Numbered from the stretch's first letter, positions 26,737 to 42,796 are shown. The stretch is DNA of 64,000 bases from Octopus vulgaris (GCA_951406725.2 OX597831.1:70432001-70496000), one strand, 5' to 3'. Numbers and translations: made by a program. Notes: generated by a model from the letters alone, not told the origin.

Positions 26737-26789
26737 GCATACACACACACATAGTGAATTTGGTTTGTTTAATGACTCTCCCAAGACAA

Positions 26790-26825
<36 letters not shown>

Positions 26826-26946
26826 GTATGTATGTATATATGTTTGTGGGCATATATGTATTTATGCATACACATACATGGATACATATATACATATAGA
26901 CACGCACACCAAGCATAATCCAGTGAAGTATAAAAATATCACTTAC

Positions 26947-27198
26947 ATTGGGTCACAGAACACTGACTGGCAAATTTTAGACTAATATATTTTCTGTCAA
27001 TAAATCTACACACGATTCTCACTGCTAGTTTACCATTTTTCTTTTTATATCTCATCTTTTTGCGAAGTCTTTTATTATTATTTTTTTTTCTCTTTTCTTG
27101 AGAGATTTCTTTACTCTCTTTTAGCAGTAACATGGACAGCTTCAATGTGATTTCTTTCCAGAATTCTATCAATGGTTCAATAATGGCTGGATTTAGAA
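26947..27198 (-). CDS. Candidate symmetric (phase 1-1) host exon, Lys/Arg-rich
   Basis: CTTTCATTTCAG acceptor, GTAAGT donor, 252 bp, only one frame open: LNPAIIEPLIEFWKEITLKL...KRKKNNNKRLRKKMRYKKK...SQCSVTQ. Confidence 0.4.
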
Positions 27199-28004
27199 CT
27201 GAAATGAAAGGAAGGAAAAAAAATGCAGAAAAAATAAATAAGATAAATCAATTTAAATCGAAGGATGCAACTAAATTTAAAATAGTAGGCAATCAAGGGA
27301 GAAATATGTAAATAGTGTGCTAAGAATTACAATTGGCAATCTGAAGTTGAGACAGAGATAGAAGTTTATAGGCATACTAGTATATCCATACCATCAAAAA
27401 TGGCAGTTATATATTCATCATTTTTTTTTTTTCAGTTTTGAAAGAATTAAGCTGAAAATAGTATTTGATAACTGCATCATCATGACATACATTCCATTTA
27501 TTTGATAAAGATTTATATAGTAAAAGTAATTAAAGTTTTATTGAAAATGTTTTGGAAGTCCACATTCAAAGAGAATTAAATATGAGGGAAAGTTAAATAT
27601 AAAATGTTTTTACATTTTATGGAGTTGAAAACAATAAAATTGTCTTTTAAGATTTCTCCAACAATAATTCTGTTAAATTACTGGTGAGCATCTGCCATCA
27701 AAAACGACTGCATTTCAAATATATATTTAAAGTTATTCATATTAATGACTGATGCCAAAAAATGCAGAATAATTCTACAGAGCTTATTGTTCACAGTCTT
27801 GTTACTTTGGTTCATGTGAATCATATTACTGACAACATCCATTGGAAATTATGCTCCTTAAAAGGGGCTGAACCCATAACCTTATTTTAAATTCTACTAC
27901 AAAACGTTGGGATAAAAAGTTGTATAAACAGTATAAATAAACAATTTAGTGGGACAGAAAAGATATGTAGGTGCAGAAAAGATATGTAGGGGACAGAAAA
28001 GATA

Positions 28005-28365
28005 TGTATGACTGTGTGATAAGAAGTCTGCTTCCCAACTATATGGTTCTGGGTTCAGTCCCACTGTGTGGAATCTTAGGCAGGTGTCTTCTATTATAAT
28101 CTCGGGCTGACCAAAGTCTTGGGAGCAGATTAGGTTGAAGGAAACTGAAAGGAGCCTGTTGTATATGCGTGCATGTCTTTGTGTGTGTTTGTCCTCCATC
28201 ACAGCTTGTCAACTGGTGTTGGTGTATTTAAATCCTGGTAATTTAGCAGTTCAACAAAAGAGACTAATAGAACAAGTACCAGGCTTTAAAAATGATATGA
28301 AGTACTGGAGTTGATTTGTTTGACTGAAATTCTTCAAGTCTAATGATTGAAACAAGAAAAAGAAA
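28005..28365 (+). mobile_element. CORE-type SINE, diverged
   Basis: Head ATGACTGTGTGATAAGAAGTCTGCTTCCC...GGTTCAGTCCCAC; tail GAAACAAGAAAAAGA. Confidence 0.8.
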
Positions 28366-28629
28366 ATCAATATAAGATAACAAAAATCATTGGGACGAGA
28401 AAAACCCTGGAAAGAAGAGCAGAGACAAGTTTGTAAATTCTAGCTGCACAGTGTTTGCTGGTATGGAAATGACAGTGCAAACTGCCTTTACACACACCCA
28501 GGACTGAGCCACAATTGCATGAGGCAGGACAAAAACTTCCCTCCGAAGAGAGCACAGGATAAATAAAGATACCAAAGGGGTAAAACTGGCACACCACCTG
28601 TACCGAAAGATGGAATGCACCTACAACAA

Positions 28630-28985
28630 GAGTTACATGCAATATACGAGTCGACTGATGACAATAATATGCAATTAATGCTGGAACATTCCAGGCCCTA
28701 CTCTATCAGCAGACAAAGTTAAATGTAATGCAGACAAACCATACTGGCCCTGGAAGGATTGCAGTCCCTGAAACACAATCAGTGTGTGACCTGGGCATTG
28801 ACATGAGTAATGAAGCATCCTCTCATCTGTGTATTACTAAGTTGGCAAGGAAATGCAGGCAGCTGACCAGGTGGATTCATAGAACTTTCTGCACAAGAAA
28901 GCAGGAAAGCATAATAGTTCTCTGGAAGGCATTGGTCTTAAGCTGTCTTAAATATTGCTCGCAACTATGTGCACAAAAGCTGCAC
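28630..28985 (+). mobile_element. CR1-like RT fragment
   Basis: SVCDLGIDMS...KCRQLTRWIHRTF...LWKALVLSCLKYCSQL; related to 43600-44000 on the opposite strand. Confidence 0.8.
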
Positions 28986-29276
28986 AATTTTATGCATGAG
29001 TAAATATGGTGTGTGTGTGTGTGCATATATATGTATATATATATATATATATACACACACGCACACATAAATATGTGTGTATATGTTGTATATATATATT
29101 ATGTATATGTATATATATATATATATATATACATACACACACACACATAAATATGTGTGTATATGTTGTATATATATATTATTTATATATATATATATAT
29201 ATATATACATACATACACACACACACATAAATATGTGTGTATATGTTGTATATATATATATATATATATTATGTAT

Positions 29277-32565
<3,289 letters not shown>

Positions 32566-32925
32566 AAATAATTATTTTCAGTGTAGTGCAGAAAGAAAAA
32601 TAGAACTTTAAACACTAAATTTTTCTGGCATGAGGTATTTCCATATACATTTAATGTTTCAGTTTCCAATAATTCGATATATGTATGCATGTGCATGATT
32701 AAATATTGTGTGTGACTGAATATGGCTGCATGTATTTGTGTATATGCCTGTGTATGTGTGTATGTATATTTGTGTGTATGTCTATATGGATGATGATAGA
32801 TTCTTCCAGTTTCCTCATTGTTTCTATAATTAAGAGCAGAACAATTTTCAAATTTTATTGTTACATTATAATAACCTATGACATAGTTATATATATATAT
32901 ATGTATGTATGTTTGTGTATATATA

Positions 32926-32958
<33 letters not shown>

Positions 32959-33084
32959 GTTTGTGTATATATACATGTGTATGTATATATATATATACAT
33001 ACATGTGTATGTATATATATATATATGTATATCCCTCTCTCTCTCTTTCGGAGAGGCACAAGCACCTACACGTACATGTACACA

Positions 33085-33240
33085 CACGGCAGTAACTTCC
33101 ACCTACCGAATTCAATCACAATGCTCCGGTCAGCTCGGGGCTATAGTGGAAGACACCTACCCGAAGTGCCACGCAGTGGGACTGAACCCGAAACCATATA
33201 GCTAGAAAGCAAGCTCCCTAACCACACAGCCATGCCCGCA
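33085..33240 (-). mobile_element. CORE-type SINE head
   Basis: GTGCCACGCAGTGGGACTGAACCCGAAACC...CCACACAGCCATGCCCGCA. Confidence 0.8.
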
Positions 33241-33309
33241 TATATATATATACCACTTGTGATGGTATTTTGATAATACCATCCCTATATTTATTTATAT
33301 ATATAAATA

Positions 33310-33340
<31 letters not shown>

Positions 33341-33639
33341 GTATATATACATGTGTATGTGTGTATGTATATATATATATATATATGAGATACAAATCAT
33401 ATTTTGTAGTTTGAAATTAAGGAAGGTCTGTTGAGTCAAATAAGAATAGTGAGAATGATTTTACTTATATATGCTTGTATATCTGTACGTTTCTTAATTT
33501 ATTTATTAGACTTCTGCTAATAAAAAAAGGAACTGGTTTCTTACAAAGAAGCAAAGCTTTTTTGCTGGAATTTGGATAACAAAATTAGATATTACATGCT
33601 GAACTTGCATATTTTTACTGTTTTGCTCACAGATGATAT

Positions 33640-34200
33640 CAGTGATTTCCATAATAGCCAGACTCTTTCTCTGCCAAAAATCCTAACTTTCTAGAAGCCA
33701 TGTACATTTACTAACATAACCAACTACACTAATAAATAGTGATAAAGATGGGAATCTGCAATCGATATGGAAGCAGTTATCCATAAACATTCTCCTCACT
33801 GATTTTGAAAGAGATGTACTGGGCAGCTAACTTCTATGTCTACACATTATTTTTCTTTTCTGTCCCAAATAATTATATCAGGCTTGCTATGTTTGCACTT
33901 GGAAAGAGGTTTGGTGTGAACGTTCCATCAATATTCCTTGTGTTGATATGCATGTACATGTTCAATAACCGTGGAGTGGTTTGTATTTATTCCTGGGCAG
34001 CCTTTTCTGTGGATAACATCGTATATAATCCGAGCATTAACATCATGTCACAATGGGAGGTAGAACAGTGATGACATTTTTTAGCAGCTGCTGATTACAC
34101 ATTGTACATTCCCCAAAGATAGGTTATATTATCAACATTATATATTTTATAGCTATCTCCTGCACTTGGATGGCAAAAGCTTGACTTTTAAGACGTGATG
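33640..34200 (-). mobile_element. Possible MULE transposase remnant
   Basis: Minus strand NIDGTFTPNLF resembles the MULE DGTF motif; otherwise heavily degraded. Confidence 0.3.
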
Positions 34201-34412
34201 TAATAGCCATAAATCTAAGAAAGGTTACACTTCATGTTAATGTTATTGCTATCCTCATATTTATGAGAAACATATCCATGCATAACCTATTTGTGATATG
34301 TAGAGTGTATCTCTTCCAAATCTTCTGAGTTATGCTAGTTATGCTCTTCTGGTTTCACATGAGAGATTATCAGAAAGTGAGTGCTAGTGTCTATGGAATA
34401 TCTAGCCACATA

Positions 34413-34819
34413 TACTCTTTTACTCTTTTACTTGTTTCAGTCATTTGACTGCGGCCATGCTGGAGCACCGCCTTTAGTCGAGCAAATCGACCCTGGGACT
34501 TATTCTTTGTAAGCCCAGTACTTATTCTATCGGTCTCTTTTGCCAAACCACTAAATGACGGGGACGTAAACACACCAGCATCGGTTGTCAAGCGATGCTA
34601 GGGGGACAAACACAGACACACAAACACACACATATATATATATATATACATATATACGACAGGCTTCTTTCAGTTTCCGTCTACCAAATCCACTCACAAG
34701 GCATTGGTCGGCCCGGGGCTATAGCAGAAGACACTTGCCCAAGATGCCACGCAGTGGGACTGAACCCGGAACCATGTGGTTGGTTAGCAAGCTACTTACC
34801 ACACAGTCACTCCTGCGCC
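34413..34819 (-). mobile_element. Full-length CORE-type SINE
   Basis: Near-identical to 13755-14180. Confidence 0.92.
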
Positions 34820-35973
34820 TATATATCAATTAAATGAGTAGGTAGTTCAGTTTATCAAACGACTGAATACTCATGGTTGAATCTGAGGAGGATCCAAGAT
34901 GTATGATCTTTGTGTGTATAGTTGCAAGGGTTGCAGAATATCTGTATATATCTGTCTGAGTGCATCTAAAGTAATGTGGTTTAAAAGTGTATGGCACATG
35001 GGCAAGTGTCCGTGTAACAGAATGGGTGGTGTTTAGAAGTAATGATGATACAACTGGTCTGGTGTTGGCAAGTATTTCAGAGTGGGTTAAGATTGTATTG
35101 ACTAAGGTAAGGTCTTTTACTTGACAGTCAACCCTGAACCAGCAGACTTATTATCAAAGATGTTCCAGCCATGACCATCTCATCATTTGGTATATCCAGG
35201 GTTATTTAGACTGATTTATTCTTTCAATTTTTTAGACACTGTTCTTTCTAGCAAATCTAGCAAATCAAGCAATCACAGGAAATTTTAGCTGACTAACAAA
35301 TGTTGGATAAATTGAGTTGATAGAATCTGTAGTAATTAAGAAAGAGTGAGTGGCATTGTTGGAGATGGAGTGAAATGATAACAAAGAATAGACATTAAAT
35401 ATTTAAATGTCTCTGATGATTTATTGTTAATACAATAATAATTTTTCAGACTATTAACCACATTTTCAAAGATGAAAACTATTTTAATATTTACATCTAT
35501 ACTTTGTCACAATGTGTTTAACCTCCATTTATTGTTTTATTCCTGAATATATACAGAGTATCAAACTGGGTTGAGAACCTTTATTTCTAAACTTAGGAGT
35601 ATTAACACTTTTACTCACTGGGCCAGAAGGGTAATTTGACATTGAACCTTTATTTTGGATTTATTTTGACATTGAACCTTCATCTCATTTTCCAAAAATT
35701 ACCTATATTTACAAATAGTCCCTACCTCCCTCATTTTACTTAATAAAACAAAAACTGTTCTAAAGAAATATTTATTCAGGTAAAAAAAGGGAAAGAAATA
35801 TATGTAGGTATGTAGGTGCAAGCATGACTATGTGGTAAGAAGCTAGCTTTCCAATTACATGGTTCCAAGTTCAGTCCTACAGCATGGCACCTATAGTATT
35901 CAACTATAGCCTCAGGTTGACCAAAGGCTTGCGAGTGGATTTGACAGACGGAAACTGAAAGAAGTCTATCGTA

Positions 35974-36014
<41 letters not shown>

Positions 36015-36138
36015 CGTATAAGATAAAACTTACTTGGAAAGGATGTGTTGTGTTCGATCATATAATAGTATAAATAATATATAAATATATGCATATGCAT
36101 ACATATATGTACATACCTACATATATATGTATATATAC

Positions 36139-36913
36139 ATGCATGTATGGGTACAGGACATGAAAAACCGTAGACACGAGAAAACGAAAACATAAAAACA
36201 AAAACATAGAAAACAAACATTTTTCTGAACAATAGAAAAAAAACAACAGAGAAACGAGACAGGCAACATAAAGAATATTCCCCTCATCAGTTGTTCCAGT
36301 TTCATCTACTCAACGTTTTGAAGGTAAGGACAATACGCAACTTCGTTGAAACAGTCCTTCCCACAAAGCAAGTTAAATAAAATTTGGGATTTTTTGCGGA
36401 GAGTGAAAGTGGTAACAAAAACAGGACAGTGAGAACAAGACAGGCAAAAAAAATACCGTCAGGGCTGTTAAACCAAAATGATGTGAAAAATTATGAATGC
36501 TGGAAAGACAAGCTATGAGAGACAGGTAAAAGCATGTCTTGTCTTTACGAAGGAAGTGAGAGAAAGAAAATAGCGATGAGAGAGTCAAGGAGGAAGAGTG
36601 AGAGAGAGAGAGAGAGAGGGGAAACGGTGAAGGGAAGAAGAGAAGAATAGGAAAAAAGTTCCAAATTTTATTTAATTTGCTTTGTGGGAAGGACTCTTTC
36701 AACGAAGTTGCGTATTGTCCTTACCTTCAAAACATGGAGTAGATGAAACATGAACAACTGATGAGGGGAATGTTCTTTACATTGCCTGTCTCGTTTCTCT
36801 GTTGTTTTTTTTCTGTTGTTCAGAAATAAAGTTTGTTTTCTATGCTTTTGTTTTTATGTTTTTGTTTTCTCATTGTGTCTACGTTTTTTGATGCCCTGTA
36901 CCCATATATGCAT
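36139..36913. repeat. Inverted repeat element (arms about 36139-36388 and 36661-36913), PLE-terminus-like
   Basis: ATGGGTACAGG...TAAATAAAATTTGG versus CCAAATTTTATTTA...CCTGTACCCAT; purine-rich spacer; (TA)n on both sides. Confidence 0.9.
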
Positions 36914-36924
36914 ATATATATATA

Positions 36925-37360
36925 CGTAAAGTATACTAGCCATCTCAATATGGCTAACCACTAAGGCTGGGTGTTACTGTAGCTTTTAGCCCCAGGAGAT
37001 CATCGTCTCCAGCTGGCTTTAGGCACACTTTCTGTGCCCTTATGATTTTTGCAAAGGGAGGTCATCCCTCTCTCGTAAACCTAAGTGATACGCACGGACT
37101 GCAGTTTCGAGGTATTTGCCTCTTGTCAACATACGGTAATCACCGGTTTTCGATGAAGAGAGACCTGTTTGCAAATATCTATTTAATGTTTTTCCCACTA
37201 ACTACTGTCACTGATTTCAAAAAACTGTCTGCAAGTAATAATAAATCTCTGAACGAGATGTAAACAGTAACCGCTCGACATCGTAAAGTACTGAGACGGC
37301 TAGTATACTTTACGTTGTCGAGCGGTTACTGTTTATATCTCGTTCAGAGATTTATTATTG
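36925..37360 (-). mobile_element. 357-nt hammerhead-containing monomer plus inverted junction-spanning copy (retrozyme or PLE pLTR-like)
   Basis: CGTAAAGTA at 36925 and 37282; 37289-37360 is the reverse complement of end+start sequence. Confidence 0.8.
37091..37135 (-). ncRNA. Minimal type-I hammerhead ribozyme with two core transitions
   Basis: Minus strand CGTATG-TTGACAA-GAGG-CAAATA-CCTC-GAAA-CTGCAG-TC-CGTGCG; palindromic stem III ACTGCAGT, GUC cleavage triplet. Confidence 0.8.
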
Positions 37361-37397
37361 CTCTCTCTCTCTCTATATATATATATATACACACATA

Positions 37398-37445
<48 letters not shown>

Positions 37446-38477
37446 TATACACATACATACACACATACACATATATACATACATACATAAATAAACATGT
37501 CTCTATGTCTGGCTTGGTCCACCCACACCCACTGCTTAACAACTGGTGTGCTTATATTCCTGTAACTTAGTAGTTCATCAAAAGAAACCAATAGAATAAG
37601 TACTAGGCTTAAAGAAATAAGTCCTGGAGTCAATTTGTTTGACTAAATCGCTTCAAGGTGGTGCCCCAACATGGCCTCAGTCAAAAGACTGAAACAAGTG
37701 AAAGATACTAACATTCCTTTGAAATGGTAAATACCATTTTTGTTTTTTTTATAAAGTTTTATGAAAAGACTTCTTATCTTCTAAAGGAAAGAATTCAACT
37801 ACTTTTATTTTTTGGGTGAGATAAAGTGAGAGAGATTAATTATGTGCTGCAGTCAGGGTGTCTGGGGGAAGAGAATAAATTCAACTTCTAAACTATCCAA
37901 TAATGAACAAAACTACAGGTTAACAGTGATAAATGGTTCTGAAGTTAGTGGCAGAAAAAAGGTCATGCACATATTCTCATTTACACATATAAACATACAA
38001 GCAAATTATAGGTAGTGTAATTTCAAGTACTTGCTTGCACCATATATGGTGCAAGCAAGTATGTATACATTCAAGCAAGAATATATATATAGCAAGAATA
38101 TATGTATACATATATGTATACATTCAAGCAAGTATGTATACATGCAAGCAAGAATGTATACATTCACAGTTTCTTTCTATTTACATTCAAAATAGAAACT
38201 TTTCAATACACACTCACATGTGCATGTATACACATACACACACACACACATATATATATGTATGTATATATATATATATATATATATAAATATATATATA
38301 TGTATGTATATATATATATAATTTACAAAATAAGGGCAAACGAAAAATTCTAATGCCAAACTTTTCTTTTACCCTTATTTTATAAATTATTTATAAATTT
38401 AACCTTTAAAGGTATCTTTTGTTATGCTGGCCATTGATAAAATGTTTTTCTCTGAAAAAATTTTGTCCTACATTAGT

Positions 38478-38514
<37 letters not shown>

Positions 38515-38520
38515 ATTGAA

Positions 38521-38903
38521 GGTGCAGGAGTGGCTGTGTGGTAAATAGCTTGCTTACCAACGACATGGTTCCGGGTTCAGTTCCACTGTATCGCACCTTG
38601 GGCAAGAGTCTTCTACTTATAGCCTCAGGCTAACCAAAGCTTTGTGAGTGAATTTGATAGACAGAAACTGAAAGAAGCCCATCAAGTGTGTGTGTTTGTG
38701 TGCCTATGTTTGTCTCCACAACATTACTTGACAACTGATGCTGATGTGTGTACATCCCTGTAACCTAGCAGTTCAGCAAAAAAGACCGATAGAATGAATA
38801 CTAGGCTTACAAAGAGTAAGTCCTGGGGTCGATTTGCCTGACTAAAGGCAATGCTCCAGCATGGCCACAGTCAAATGGCCGAAACAAATAAAAGAATAAA
38901 AGG
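38521..38903 (+). mobile_element. CORE-type SINE
   Basis: GGTGCAGGAGTGGCTGTGTGG...GAAACAAATAAAAGAATAAAAGG. Confidence 0.9.
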
Positions 38904-38915
38904 ATATATACACAC

Positions 38916-38948
<33 letters not shown>

Positions 38949-39344
38949 TACACATTCCTCTATTCCCATTGAGCATACACTTTTACTAACACTACAAATT
39001 TTTAAATTTTAATTAATATTATTTACATCTACTTCTAACATCATTGTAATTAGAAGAACCATAAATCTTCTCTCACTGTAGTTGGGATTACAATTCTAGA
39101 ACTTCATTATCCTTTTCAATCACTTTATAACCATCCTAACCCCTTCCCTACCATTCTTGCCATCTAATGACTCTGACCAATGCTGGTGGTCAGCCATGAG
39201 GTGAAAGTGGCATCTGCTATTTTTCCTCTCTTATCTGTCTGTGTGTAGATATTGCCTAACTGAGTGGTTGCCAACCCTTTTCAGGCTGCTACCCCCTTGC
39301 CCCCAACTCACCACCACAAACCACTTTCTGCAGCAAATTCAAAA

Positions 39345-39586
39345 CAACTCTTTACACTTTTACTCTTTTACTTCTTTCAGTCATTTGACTGTGGCCATGC
39401 TGGAGCACCGCCTTTAGTCGAGCAAATCAACCCCGGGACTTATTCTTTGTAAGCCCAGTACTTATTCTATCGGTCCCTTTTGCCAAACTGCTAAGTGACG
39501 GGGATGTAAACACACCAGCATCGGTTGTCAAGCAATGCTAGGGGGACAAACACAGACACACAAACACACTCACACAAACACACACA

Positions 39587-39627
<41 letters not shown>

Positions 39628-39790
39628 GACAGGCTTCTTTCAGTTTCTGTCTACCAAATCCACTCACAAGGCATTGGTCGGCCCAGGGCTATAGCAGAAG
39701 ACACTTGTCCAAGATGCCATGCAGTGGGACTGAACCCAGAACCATGTGGTTGGTTAGCAAGCTACTTACCACACAGCCACTCCTGCACCT
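39345..39790 (-). mobile_element. Full-length CORE-type SINE
   Basis: Near-identical to other young copies. Confidence 0.92.
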
Positions 39791-40031
39791 ATTTTATTTT
39801 ACAAATAATACTTAACCCAATTAACCTATTATTTTGTTGTCTTTACATCCATCGTCCCCTTTTGGCCACCTCATTATCACCCCACTTTTCTTCAGCACCT
39901 CCTGGATCTTTCCACCTATCCTCCAAGGGGGCAGTATCGCTTACTTTAGGAACCACTGTCCTAATCCCTTTTGCCAAACACATCCTTGCTACACTGACTA
40001 CTCTCATGCATCTACCATTATATCTATCCTT

Positions 40032-40322
40032 GTTTGTTCCTTCTCAAGCCATGCCTGGCTCATAAGGGTTTCTTGGCGTATAGTTTCCCCACCTGGACGG
40101 GACGCCAGTCCATCGCAGGTAAGCTGCAAGATGCAGGAGGAAAGAGTGAGAGAAAGTTGTTGCAAAAGAGTCAGCAGAAGTTTTGCCATTACCTTCTGCC
40201 GGAACTGTGTGGAGCTTAGGTGTTTTTGCTCGTAAACACACACATAGCCCGGTCTGAGATTCGAACCCATGATCCCTCGACCGCGAGTCCATTGCTCTAA
40301 CCACTAGGCCATGTGCCTCCAC
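40032..40322 (-). mobile_element. tRNA(Arg)-like-head SINE, tail 2
   Basis: Head GTGGAGGCACATGGCCTAGTGGTTAGAGC...GGTTCGAATC; TSD ATATCTATCCTT at 40020-40031 and 40323-40334. Confidence 0.88.
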
Positions 40323-40674
40323 ATATCTATCCTTCACACTGTAGCATAGCATTCCAATCCTAAATCACTCTCTATTCAAAAATGGAACTAGTAACATCCT
40401 TTATCCTTTGCCTTGGATTATCATCAAATCTTCACCTATAGAATTGCTAATGGATTTTTATCTTTTACCTATAACTTTATAACTTTATAATGTCTTTGAT
40501 CATGGAACTACCAAACAACATATACTTTTCGTTCTGATCCTTTCTTTATTTCTTGAAGTACAAATATCCTCAATTAGGGATATTTTTCATTTCTATAATT
40601 TCTGACTTCTCTTTCTCCAATGACGTAATACATAGCTTAAGGAATCCTTACTCAATATAATGATCCACATTAAG

Positions 40675-40888
40675 ACAACAAGTTGGCAAAATCATTATCA
40701 CACTGGACAAAATGCATCACGCATCTTATCCGTCTTTATATCCTGAGTTTAAATTCTACCATGGTTGATTTCCTCTTTCATCCTTTTAGGGTCAATAAAA
40801 TAAGTACCAGTTGAAATCTGGGGTTGATGTAATTGACTTACCTTTTTCCTCAAAGTTGCTGGCCTTGTGCTAAAATTTGAAACCAGTA
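40675..40888 (+). mobile_element. OK-like SINE, diverged
   Basis: CTTTCATCCTTTTAGGGTCAATAAAATAAGTACCAGTTG...AAAATTTGAAACCA. Confidence 0.75.
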
Positions 40889-41442
40889 TCATGATCCATA
40901 TGCTTGGCTATCCTAGAAACAGCTGTAAGAAACAACCTTTTTATCATAAGTATTCTGCACTATGTTGCATTCATTAGTGACATTAAAAAGAACATATTTT
41001 CATCTTTTTTAACACTTGATGTATACAAAATGTATTCATTTATGCATAATGTGTTGGCAAGAAAAAGTATAGATATATGTCTAAGGAGAACAAATATATA
41101 TATGCTTATATTAATATGTATGCCTTGATTTGTTTTCCATTCAGTTAAATTCACTGCATCACTTATATCCCTATACTTTCTGACTTATTATCTGTCGCTC
41201 ACCTCACCTATTTGTGAACTTACCTGAATCCCTGTCCTTATCCCCACTTACTTGTTTCTCCCTCACAATTCACCTTTACATTCACTCTCTTGTGTCTTGA
41301 GTGCATGCCCTAACATCTCATCTCCATCATCTTCACCTTTCCAACTGGGGTGGCCATAACTGGGGTGGCAAGACACATGTCCATATCCCTCTGTCGCATT
41401 CTTACTTCTCAGCACTTGGCATAAGCCTCTCTATGCAATTCT

Positions 41443-41640
41443 CGGGCGAACTGCATAGCCGTATTTTGTCTGCTGTTACGTTCTGAGTTCAAATTCCGCC
41501 GAGGTCGACTTTGCCTTTCATCCTTTCGGGGTCAATAAATTAGGTACCACTTATGCACTGGGGTTGATGTAATCAACTTAATCTGTTTGTCTGTCCTTGT
41601 TTGTCTCCGTGTTTAGCCCCTTGTGGGTAATAAAGAAACA
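41443..41640 (+). mobile_element. OK-like SINE
   Basis: GTTCTGAGTTCAAATTCCGCCGAGGTCGACTTTGCCTTTCATCCTTTCGGGGTC...GTGGGTAATAAAGAAA. Confidence 0.85.
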
Positions 41641-41659
41641 CATCTTGAAAGCTACTTCA

Positions 41660-41853
41660 TAACCCCGCTAGTGCTGGGGACATGGAAAGGCATCAAGTAT
41701 ACTCTGTGAACTGTTTGATGTTAGGAAGAGCATCGAGCCATGGAACTATTACCAAAACAGACATTGGAACTCAGTGCAGTTCTTTGACCTGTTTGATCCT
41801 GCTAAATCATCCAGCCCATGCCAGCATCGACAACTGATGCTAAATGATGATGA
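41660..41853 (+). mobile_element. RTE-tail-sharing fragment
   Basis: CATCCAGCCCATGCCAGCATC...TAAATGATGATGA. Confidence 0.7.
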
Positions 41854-42513
41854 AGTGAGCAACCAGAACCATTACAGAAGTGGAAAAATTGCCTTACAAT
41901 ATTTGTACCACTTCTTTACCTTCTAAATTTAAATCCTGCTAAATCATCTTTGGTTTTCATCCTTTTGGAGTTGATAAAATCAAATACTAGGAAAATATTG
42001 AGGTCAATAGAATTGACTAACCTTCTCTACTTAAAATTGCTGGCTTTGTGCCTAAATCAGAACCCATTACATTTTACCTCTAAATTTGATAAAATTCAAT
42101 TTAATATATTCAAATCTATCAAATACTTTTGAAAACTTCGTAGGAAAATTATATTTATGTTGTATTTGTGAGATACATTCTTCTGTTGTTGTTGCTATTC
42201 TGTTATTGTTGTTGTTGTTGTTGTTGTTACTGTATGGCTGCAGACAGCTTGCACATCAAGTTCAATGCATCCAATTAAATTCAAGCAATTAAGGTATATT
42301 AGTTAAATAACGCAAGTACGTGATTTACAGATGCGGAAAAATTGTGTCTAAATTGAATCTAATAATAAGGAATTTGCTGAATAGAAATCCTCTGTTTTCC
42401 TAATATAATATAATGATATATTTTCTGACATTATTTTCAGTATATAAACAATGATATTATTGATATTATCTTAAAGCAAGCAAGGTGCACAGCATTTCAG
42501 TCACACTCACACA

Positions 42514-42560
<47 letters not shown>

Positions 42561-42564
<4 letters not shown>

Positions 42565-42755
42565 TTTACTCTTTTACTTGTTTCAGTCATTTGACTGTGG
42601 CCATGCTGAAGAACCACCTTTAGTCGAGCAAATCGACCCCGGGACTTATTCTTTGTAAGCCCAGTACTTATTCTATCGGTCTCTTTTGCTGAACCGCTAA
42701 GTGACGGGGAGGTAAACACACCAGCATCGGTTGTCAAGCAATGCTAGGGGGACAA

Positions 42756-42796
<41 letters not shown>

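Larger units (their letters stand above)
35815..37705 (+). mobile_element. CORE-type SINE split at its internal (TA)n by about 1.5 kb of PLE-like insertions
   Basis: Head 35815-35970 and 3' half 37495-37705 in the same orientation. Confidence 0.8.

Noticed and set aside
27950-28008. Short direct repeats resembling a CRISPR array
   Set aside because: Three adjacent 20-bp tandem units without unique spacers, eukaryotic context, no cas genes.
36952-37018. Possible HDV-like or twister ribozyme in the GC-rich hairpins of the 357-nt monomer
   Set aside because: Stems exist (GGCTAA/TTAGCC, GGAGA/TCTCC) but I could not fit the required pseudoknots or conserved residues by eye.
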